From NCBI GenBank assembly GCA_041662985.1, contig JBAZRJ010000003.1, positions 3,793-67,792 on the forward strand: a stretch of 64,000 nucleotides of DNA, read 5' to 3'. Below are positions 56,717 to 64,000 of this stretch, one piece after another. This DNA is from Clostridia bacterium (GTDB lineage Bacteria > Bacillota > Clostridia > Acetivibrionales > JBAZRJ01). A program made the position numbers and the translations under genes. The stretch's first letter is position 1. Each line of letters begins with the position of its first letter. The notes below the pieces were generated by a model, which made no database searches, was not told where the DNA came from, and worked only from the letters and a program-made list of their open reading frames with translations.

Positions 56717-59700
56717 TTATCCCCACCACTCAATAATTAATTCCTTTTTATCATTTGATGCTATATATATTCTCGCCTTGGAATAACAACTCTTAAATCC
56801 TCTATAACACGCAGAACACATTCCTTCATTTGGGAATATAATTTTTGCAATCATATATAAATTTTTTGCAGAGTAAACTCTACCCGGTGTGAAACCAGTC
56901 AACCACCAATGATACTGAAATACCCTATGAACAAGTTTTTTATCATTTAATGTTCTAAGATAGATTGCCATTTTTAACATATCACTATTTTTTACACTTG
57001 CATACCATCCTGGTACATAGAACCATTCCCTATAATAAACTCCTATTTCACAGCCGGATGCAACTAAATACTGACCCTTCCAAAGTTGGACTCTCCAATC
57101 CATTTTTGTACCATCTTTTCTTTTATAAGTAAAATAGCTTTTTAAACTGTCTATATGAAATCCGAGAGCAGGTGCAGCCCAATCAAAAGCATCACAATAT
57201 CCAAAACCCCTTTGCCACGCATTCAATGATGTATAATAAAAATCATAAGTGCGGTCTTTGTAATGATTTAGTCCTGTATAAATTTTAGTAACCCCATTGG
57301 TAAAAAGTGAAAGATCGTATAAAGTCCCGCTTGGGTCAGAATAAATAATCGGATTATTCCCACAATACGCAAATATATTCGCTCCAAGTACTTCACCCTG
57401 TGTATCCTGCAAAATACCTATTTCATCCGCATTAATAAACCTTCCGGTATTTGAATCATAATATCTGCTCTGCAGATAATAAAGCCCGGTTTCGGTATCA
57501 AAGTAGTAACTTCTATAGCGGAATGGATTTATTACCCCTAATGTGCTCGCCGCGCTTCCTGTAGTTGATAGCAATTTGCCCCATGCATCATATGTATAGT
57601 CTACCACATCGTTGCCGTTGCTATCAAGAATACTCAATATATCTCCCTGAATATTTTTAACATAGTAATAATCTGTGGTTGTACTGCCGGTCGTTTTCTC
57701 AAACCCGATTAAGTTATCATTTCCATCGTATCTAAAATACAGCTTATTTGTTCCGTCATCCTGATAAGTTATTTTATTTCCAACCAATGTATATTTTGTA
57801 GTTGTACCGTTTACGGTTTTGCTTTGACGGATACCGTCCTGGTTGTATTTATAAGCTATCGTTTTACTGTTACCCGTTACTCCTGCAAGTTCTCTTCCCA
57901 TTTCCCATGTGAAGTTATACCCATTGTAATAGCTTAGCGGATTACCCACATCGTCATATGTAATGCTGTTTCCATCGTAACTTGTTAATTTATCCTTCCA
58001 TGTGTTGTCGTATCCATAGTTTTTCGTTGTGAGAACTGAACCAAGAGTTCCTGTGGTATAAGCATATGTTTTTTTGCTCGATATGTTTCCGCCTACATCA
58101 TAAGCATAAACAGTTGTTCCATTATTAGGGTCATTTACCCTTGTAAGCTCCCCGGCATCATTGTAAACATATGTTTTGCCGCTGTCATTTACAATATTTC
58201 CAACTTTGTCATATTGATATGAAAATATTTTGCTGTATCCGTTATTGCCAAACATGCTGACTGCGCATGGCAAGGTTCCGGTCTTATATTGTGAGAAATT
58301 CGGATAACTATAGGTAGTGTTTAAAAGATTGGCAGTAATTTCACCGGACGAGTTCTTTTTGTACAAACTTCCCCCTGTAATCCTGCCTAAACCGTCATAA
58401 GCAGCCTCGCTGTTTACGACAGAGCCATTGGATAGACTAAAGTATGCTTTGCTTGCAAGACCATCCGAATCAGTAAGAAAATTTGTTGTGTATGTGATGC
58501 TTCCTATCGATTCACTGAAAGTATTCGCATCATTCTCCCCGGCACTGTTCCAAAAACTATGAGTGTACGGGCTTGCTCCGATTGTGTTTTTTTGGTTTGT
58601 TATACTGTTGCCATCACTGTCAGAGCTATAGCTTGTCTGAATATTATTCACATGGTCTATTATTGTATTGATATTTCCCGCATTTCCATATGAGAACTTA
58701 TATCTCAATAAATCATTATATGAGACACTGCTTGGATTGAAATTCGTGTCGTAATCGAAGCTGACAGTCCCGCAGCTGCTATTTACTCCGTAATCAATTT
58801 CGTTTAAGCTATATCCGTTTGCGGCATTATTGTATGTAAAATTCATCAGCGAATTTGATTCAACACTAACCGATGAAATCGCACCTTTTGTATTATATGT
58901 AAAGTCATAAGTAAAGTCATTATGGGTTACACTTGCAAGCGCATCGTTTTTGTAATATTCATAACCGGTCAGAAGACTATTGGTTCCGTCTGATTTTGAA
59001 ACAGAGGATAAGTTTCCAAACGCATTATAGTTGTAACCTGTTGTTACGTTATTTGCATCGGTTTCTGAATCCAGCAAACCAAGGTTTGTATCGTAGCTGT
59101 ATGTCGTCACATTACCGACATCGTCTGTCAAATCGGCAAGATAATTTCCGTCGGCGGTATATGTATTGTCGGTTTCAATCATTTGTCTGCCGTTTGTGGT
59201 AACCGAACGCAAAGGATTGTTATTTAAATCAAATGTACACAAGCTTTCAACACCTTCACTGCTCACTGAATCTGTTGTATTGCCAAAAGTATCTGTTACA
59301 GTCTTTGATTTATCCTCCACACTATCCATAATGCTGTCATCATTTATACCCGGTGCAGCTGTTGGAGTAGCCGAAGGTGATGAAGTCGGTTCCGGTGTTG
59401 GTTCAGGTATATCCTGAGAATCAATTAATATCCCATCTTCGTCATAATTATAGTTTGTTCCAAACGGTTCTTTATATAACTGAATAGCGTCAAAGAAAGA
59501 AACATTTGACTGCTTGGCATAATCGACAGTAATCTTAATACTGTCATAATCACCTTCGGCGGTAAAACCTGACATCGAATACTGCCAGTCTGTGACCGAA
59601 GGGTTAAATACAGCATGATAAGTTTCAGTTACACTTGAGTTTTTAATCAAATCTGCGCGTATCTCAAATGTCCTGTCTCCGGATAGCGGTACTGCCTTGC

Positions 59701-62700
59701 TTTTTGCCCAACCCCCGAAAGAATATTGATCGCCCTTTTTGCCGCCTACTGCAATATTCTGATATATTGCCGCATTTTTTAACGGATTGCCTTGAATTTG
59801 CATGTAGTTTTTCCCAACAGGACTCAAAGGCGCAGTATTTAAGACATTTGATGTTGAAGACTCGGTATCGTTATTGTTATTAAAACTGTAATAAGACCAT
59901 GAAGCAGGGGTGGCCGGAGTACCTGTTGTCTTTTCAAACCCGCTGTTTTCAACAAAGTTGAAACTACCGGGTTCAGTATTTGAAGATGTTTGGGCATATT
60001 CAAGCTGTACTCCGTCGAACCAGGCAGAACCAATAGAATCATATGCAAGTTCAGTCCAAGATTTAACTGTTGTTGCATTGTTTATATGGAAAGACATATA
60101 AATACGTTTCCAGTCACTTTGACCATCAATAATTTCGCTGTCATGTGTAATAGTAATATCTCCGGATGCAGTTGCTGTAACATTAAGCCTTGCACCGTCA
60201 ATTCCCGAGCTCCTCTTTACATAAGCCGAGAGGACATAATCTCCTCCTGCTTCCAAATCAATACTTTGATAATATGATGATTTGGCAGCATAGCCTGAAT
60301 AATGTATAAATTTGAAAGAATTGCTTCCAAAGTATTTATAATCTGTAGCAATTGAATTATTGCCGCCTGAACTCGTCCAACCTGTTGCTCCGTTTTCCGC
60401 AGAACCGTTTGTCAATAAATTCACCGAGGTCTTTTTTAAATCTGAAATACATACAATTCTGTCGGGGTTTTTTGAGCTTCCTGCATTCGGAGCATATGAG
60501 CCAAACACAGCGTTTCCCAAATGATCCTGAACTGATATAACATTACCCGAATTGTCAAACTGCAAAGTAACTGACTTATTTGTATCGATGTCTGTATATT
60601 TTGTTGAGTTTTGAGTATATGTAACGTTCACCTGCTGCATTTTATGTTCACTCAAATTACCCGAATTATATGCGCCTATATCATACTGGGTTATACTCGA
60701 AATTTTTGCACCGGTTGTATAACCCAAATCCAATTGACATCCATCCACATTTACAATCCTGGAAATCGTCTTGTCAGAATTCCACTCGTAAATCACATTT
60801 CTGTCATCGTCACCTGAAACAGTAGGATAACTCACGTCCGCAGGGTAAACAACACCCGTTAAATTATTGCTTGAGTCATATGAATAGCAAACAGTTTTGA
60901 GTACTGTGGTTCCTTTACCAATGTAATCAATACGTGTCAGCCTATGTGTGGTTGCATTATATGTAAACTGATACTTTCTGCCAACACCGTCAGTTATATG
61001 GTCTATCGCGCATGATGCTGCTTCCGATGTATCATATACGATATCTATGGATTTTTGAGTAATATTACTGCTATTTAAAGTTGCTATCCTGCCCGCACCG
61101 TTAAAAGTGATAATCTCATTTGTATCTGTTTTTGTCACCGTCATCTTGCTTAAATCATTCGGATAGTTTGAGTCAACTGTCAGGGAATAGGTATCGTCTG
61201 TGTCTGTAAATGTTATGTTTGATTCTTCAGTACCCGTGGATGTAGGCGTAGGTGTTGCAGCAACTCCTGCAATAACTCTATGGTTTTCTACTTTAAAATC
61301 ATTTACCGTATTTGAAACACAAAATAGCTTTCCGGCATCATCTGTAGCCGCACAGCCTGTTCTAAAAGCATAATTGGCGGCTATCTGTGTTTTTGTGCCT
61401 CCTGTTGGGGTAACCCAAACACTGTAAGTATTCGCGCTCATGTCTGCAGCAATTTCTACATGATATTTAGTATACGCGGAATAACTTACTGCATTTGTAT
61501 GTGTGCATGATGAACCGTTCCGTACATCAAAAACACCTGTATCACTTAAGGCTATTTGCATCGCCAGTTTGTCAAATCCCGTCACATCGGCAGAAGAATC
61601 TGCATAAGATATCTGTGCATCCAAATCATTTTCTAACGGCGTTACATCAAAACTTATATCTTGATTTCCGGTATTGCCGTCGCCAAGTGAGTATCCGTTG
61701 CTTAACCAGTTACCCGAAGAGGAGTATATCCGAGCCGGTATACTGGCAGGAGTATATGTAGGTGCAGCAATCACTCCTTCTTCTATTGTTTGATTTTCAA
61801 CTTTAAAAGCATTGCTGTAGGCTTCGGAAATAAAATATGCTTTTCCGACATCATTTGTTAAAGGCGCACTCGACCTGAATTCATAGTTGCTTGCTATTTG
61901 GGTTCTTGCCCCTCCGTCAGGAGTAATCCATACGCTGTACGTATGAGCGCTCATATTTGCTTCAATTTCAACATGGTACTGAGTATACGCCGCATAATTT
62001 ACAGTACCTGAATGCGTACATCCCGCACCTTTCCTTACTTCAAAAATACCGCTTGGATTAAGCCAGATTTGCATTGCAAGCTGATTAAAGTTCGTAACCG
62101 TAGTTGCATATCCGGCATATGCCACCTGACCATCAATATTATTTCTTAGCGGTGTAATATCAAAATTAATTACCTGATTTCCCGTATTGCCGCTTCCTAA
62201 ATCGTACGGACTGTTTACCCAAAACCCGTCACGTTGCGAATAAATCTCATCTGTTTGTTTTGGCTCTGTGGTTTCATCCGATACAGTTTCGGTTCCGGTT
62301 TCGTCAAAAGCAGTTTTTGTTCCGTCTGCTGCCGTAAACTGATAATAGTCTTCTCCGTCTTTTGGTGTAATACGTCTTATACTCTGCATATTGTTTGATA
62401 TTTTAACAAGCCTTCCGATGCTGCCGTTTGAAGGATTATCAAATGAAAGAATTTGATTGTCCGGAGTATATACCGAAACTTTTGTGTAGTCATCAAGGTC
62501 GCTTGGGTACACAGTCAATATGTAGCCGCTTCCGCTATTATCAATATATGATTCCGTCGGGTCCGCAACTTTTGAATTGTTTTCAAAATATATTATATGT
62601 CCGTCCTCTGCCGTGTATGCATAATATGGTATTAAGTTTGTTAAACTGGCAGGATAGAATTTTATTGTCTGGCTGTAATTGGTTCTCCAGCCGTTTCCAT

Positions 62701-64000
62701 ACCTTGCAACATTCCCCGAGGAGTTTGTAATGTATTTGTCTTTGTCGGATGTGTTATATATCATTGAGATATCTACAGGTAAAATATTTCCGCCGACCCC
62801 TATATCTTCTCTGCTTACGCTTAGTTTTCCGGTATAATCATTAAGATAAACCGTTCCGGCTTTTCCCACGCCTATGCTGCGCTGACTTGTTATACTCTTA
62901 TTTCCAATATCATTTTTATAGGTTATTTGAACATACGGATACCAATTCTCATTTGTATAACCATTAAAAAAGTAATCCGATGAATAGAAATAACCGCAGT
63001 TTCCTGCAGTCGGCACAGGGCTGTCACTTTTCAACATTACTCCGTAGTTCGTTGCTGTTCCGCTATACCAGTCTTTTACTAGTCCTGTTATATCAAAGTG
63101 AACATTTTTAATAAAATCCTCATTAGTCTGCGTTGCCCAATCAAGAATTTTCGGGTCATTCGAAGGTGCTTCGGTTGAGTTTACATATCTTTCATCCCAA
63201 TCGCTTATAACCTTGTATAAACTTGTGGTCCATGTAGCTCCATTGCTGTTTGGGGCTTGTGTTAAATTCAATTGTGCATCAGTTATTATACTTCCATTAT
63301 CGAGTACCGGAAGAGTGTTTACCTTTAAATATGTTCTATAAACCTGATTGGAAGAACCTTTACCTGTATACAGGTAAATTGGATTTTGATTGGTTGCACC
63401 ATAGCATGTGTTGTCACCTTCAATGACATAAGCATCACTGTATGTTGTATTGCCTCCGTTTGTATTTACATGTCCGTTTACTGCAGTTATTGTAGGGTCA
63501 ATCGTAACAGGATATGCGCGATCGGTTGCGTTTAACCAAACATCTGATGGTGTATATGTCAGTTTATACCCATTGCCGACACTTTTAATTATTGCGGTTA
63601 TATCGCTTGAATTAACATTTTTGCTGTCAAACATAAAAGGTGCAGGCATAACAAAAACAGGCGTTTTGGATTTATCGGAAGAGGAATAGAAATTAACCGA
63701 ATTGTCTTTTTGTAGTTCTGCTGTTAACCCAGTTGTCTTTATATCATAAACATAATCTACTGCCTTGCTCGGTATTTTATTTAAAGTAATTGTTTCTTTT
63801 AATGAATTTGATTGCAGACTGTAATTTACATTTGTGTCTTGTTCAACTGCATTGTACTTAGCTGTGTCGGATTTGTCACTCATGTTGGTCATTTCGATTG
63901 CTGACTTTTTGTCTGAATCGGAAACCTTTTGTACAACAATTTCATCCTTGACTGTTCCCGCTTTTTCTGCCGCTGAGATTTTATCAACCTTATTTATCTT
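56717..64000 (-). CDS. Giant Rhs/YD-repeat polymorphic toxin, 5' end beyond the window
   Basis: The reading frame stays open for 36 codons upstream of the ATG at 63892, to base 64000. YD repeats run throughout 57.3-61.2 kb (e.g. YSYDSSNNLTGVVY, YAYDVGGNISSK, YTYDAWGKL). The canonical Rhs C-terminal boundary is YYLQSRYYDSNTGRFINADEIG...NNPIIYSDPSGT, followed by a 201-aa tail. Confidence 0.9.
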   Translation of the reverse strand, partial: KINKVDKISAAEKAGTVKDEIVVQKVSDSDKKSAIEMTNMSDKSDTAKYNAVEQDTNVNYSLQSNSLKETITLNKIPSKAVDYVYDIKTTGLTAELQKDNSVNFYSSSDKSKTPVFVMPAPFMFDSKNVNSSDITAIIKSVGNGYKLTYTPSDVWLNATDRAYPVTIDPTITAVNGHVNTNGGNTTYSDAYVIEGDNTCYGATNQNPIYLYTGKGSSNQVYRTYLKVNTLPVLDNGSIITDAQLNLTQAPNSNGATWTTSLYKVISDWDERYVNSTEAPSNDPKILDWATQTNEDFIKNVHFDITGLVKDWYSGTATNYGVMLKSDSPVPTAGNCGYFYSSDYFFNGYTNENWYPYVQITYKNDIGNKSITSQRSIGVGKAGTVYLNDYTGKLSVSREDIGVGGNILPVDISMIYNTSDKDKYITNSSGNVARYGNGWRTNYSQTIKFYPASLTNLIPYYAYTAEDGHIIYFENNSKVADPTESYIDNSGSGYILTVYPSDLDDYTKVSVYTPDNQILSFDNPSNGSIGRLVKISNNMQSIRRITPKDGEDYYQFTAADGTKTAFDETGTETVSDETTEPKQTDEIYSQRDGFWVNSPYDLGSGNTGNQVINFDITPLRNNIDGQVAYAGYATTVTNFNQLAMQIWLNPSGIFEVRKGAGCTHSGTVNYAAYTQYHVEIEANMSAHTYSVWITPDGGARTQIASNYEFRSSAPLTNDVGKAYFISEAYSNAFKVENQTIEEGVIAAPTYTPASIPARIYSSSGNWLSNGYSLGDGNTGNQDISFDVTPLENDLDAQISYADSSADVTGFDKLAMQIALSDTGVFDVRNGSSCTHTNAVSYSAYTKYHVEIAADMSANTYSVWVTPTGGTKTQIAANYAFRTGCAATDDAGKLFCVSNTVNDFKVENHRVIAGVAATPTPTSTGTEESNITFTDTDDTYSLTVDSNYPNDLSKMTVTKTDTNEIITFNGAGRIATLNSSNITQKSIDIVYDTSEAASCAIDHITDGVGRKYQFTYNATTHRLTRIDYIGKGTTVLKTVCYSYDSSNNLTGVVYPADVSYPTVSGDDDRNVIYEWNSDKTISRIVNVDGCQLDLGYTTGAKISSITQYDIGAYNSGNLSEHKMQQVNVTYTQNSTKYTDIDTNKSVTLQFDNSGNVISVQDHLGNAVFGSYAPNAGSSKNPDRIVCISDLKKTSVNLLTNGSAENGATGWTSSGGNNSIATDYKYFGSNSFKFIHYSGYAAKSSYYQSIDLEAGGDYVLSAYVKRSSGIDGARLNVTATASGDITITHDSEIIDGQSDWKRIYMSFHINNATTVKSWTELAYDSIGSAWFDGVQLEYAQTSSNTEPGSFNFVENSGFEKTTGTPATPASWSYYSFNNNNDTESSTSNVLNTAPLSPVGKNYMQIQGNPLKNAAIYQNIAVGGKKGDQYSFGGWAKSKAVPLSGDRTFEIRADLIKNSSVTETYHAVFNPSVTDWQYSMSGFTAEGDYDSIKITVDYAKQSNVSFFDAIQLYKEPFGTNYNYDEDGILIDSQDIPEPTPEPTSSPSATPTAAPGINDDSIMDSVEDKSKTVTDTFGNTTDSVSSEGVESLCTFDLNNNPLRSVTTNGRQMIETDNTYTADGNYLADLTDDVGNVTTYSYDTNLGLLDSETDANNVTTGYNYNAFGNLSSVSKSDGTNSLLTGYEYYKNDALASVTHNDFTYDFTYNTKGAISSVSVESNSLMNFTYNNAANGYSLNEIDYGVNSSCGTVSFDYDTNFNPSSVSYNDLLRYKFSYGNAGNINTIIDHVNNIQTSYSSDSDGNSITNQKNTIGASPYTHSFWNSAGENDANTFSESIGSITYTTNFLTDSDGLASKAYFSLSNGSVVNSEAAYDGLGRITGGSLYKKNSSGEITANLLNTTYSYPNFSQYKTGTLPCAVSMFGNNGYSKIFSYQYDKVGNIVNDSGKTYVYNDAGELTRVNDPNNGTTVYAYDVGGNISSKKTYAYTTGTLGSVLTTKNYGYDNTWKDKLTSYDGNSITYDDVGNPLSYYNGYNFTWEMGRELAGVTGNSKTIAYKYNQDGIRQSKTVNGTTTKYTLVGNKITYQDDGTNKLYFRYDGNDNLIGFEKTTGSTTTDYYYVKNIQGDILSILDSNGNDVVDYTYDAWGKLLSTTGSAASTLGVINPFRYRSYYFDTETGLYYLQSRYYDSNTGRFINADEIGILQDTQGEVLGANIFAYCGNNPIIYSDPSGTLYDLSLFTNGVTKIYTGLNHYKDRTYDFYYTSLNAWQRGFGYCDAFDWAAPALGFHIDSLKSYFTYKRKDGTKMDWRVQLWKGQYLVASGCEIGVYYREWFYVPGWYASVKNSDMLKMAIYLRTLNDKKLVHRVFQYHWWLTGFTPGRVYSAKNLYMIAKIIFPNEGMCSACYRGFKSCYSKARIYIASNDKKELIIEWWG
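56720..57322 (-). other. Rhs C-terminal payload, DUF4474-like, activity unknown
   Basis: The tail after DPSGT contains AWQRGFGYCDAFD, DWRVQLWKGQY, GCEIGVYY and HWWLTGF. I associate these with Pfam DUF4474 (memory only, no search run). Confidence 0.6.
59465..60421 (-). other. Two tandem CBM4/9-like (galactose-binding-like) modules within the Rhs protein
   Basis: The first is NLLTNGSAENGATGWTSSGG...WFDGVQLEYA (59992-60421). The second is NFVENSGFEKTTG...FFDAIQLYKEP (59465-59962). The N[GS]xFE...W start and F[FD]D..QL end are typical of this CBM fold. Confidence 0.55.
61277..62239 (-). other. Unassigned ~150-aa module, copies 1 and 2 (tandem, in the Rhs protein)
   Basis: Copy 1 is at 61784-62239 and copy 2 at 61277-61726. 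By eye about half of the aligned positions are identical (Y.LG.GNTGNQ..F D.TPL, LAMQI, CTH, YHVEI, YSVW.TP.GG..TQIA.NY.FR, FKVEN). Confidence 0.8.

Overview
This window looks like a low-GC Firmicutes (Clostridia-like) chromosome, mostly core genes, with one accessory block at the right end. I found no rRNA, tRNA, CRISPR array, integrase or transposase.

**Layout**
- 0-1.6 kb: an LtaS-like gene, cut by the left edge.
- 1.6-3.2 kb: an ECF sigma / zf-HC2 anti-sigma pair.
- 3.3-15.3 kb, minus strand: a dcw cell-wall cluster, mraZ-rsmH-ftsL-PBP-murE-murF-mraY-ftsW-murG, preceded by a second SEDS gene. murD and ftsQAZ are absent.
- 15.3-21 kb: lgt, then a SAH/MTA recycling cluster (mtaD, ahcY, PNP) and a dGTPase-like HD gene.
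- 21-30.4 kb:
  - esterase
  - a tight NYN-LOTUS / methyltransferase / membrane-protein trio
  - yqeY and rpsU
  - HIT and alaS
  - DUF1015 and small proteins
- 30.5-33.6 kb: a serA / class-V aminotransferase operon behind a tandem glycine riboswitch.
- 33.6-38.6 kb: an ABC-2 exporter, a P1B-type ATPase and a TrmH-family methyltransferase.
- 38.9-40.9 kb: a 5TM-PAS-GGDEF-HD-GYP sensor.
- 40.9-50.1 kb:
  - thrS and infC-rpmI-rplT with an L20 leader
  - comEA
  - two penicillin-binding-type hydrolases
  - fba and a PPi-type phosphofructokinase

**Accessory block, 50.2-64 kb (the most interesting part)**
- A 1084-aa secreted beta-helix / Big_2 protein.
- An AAA-DUF4143 ATPase.
- A giant Rhs/YD-repeat polymorphic toxin of more than 2427 aa, open at the right edge. 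Its 201-aa C-terminal payload looks DUF4474-like, with unknown activity.
- A 531-aa ankyrin-repeat lipoprotein 43 nt downstream of the Rhs gene, a candidate exported immunity protein.
- An unassigned ~150-aa module that occurs three times across the Rhs and beta-helix proteins.

All family calls are by-eye motif recognition. No searches were run.
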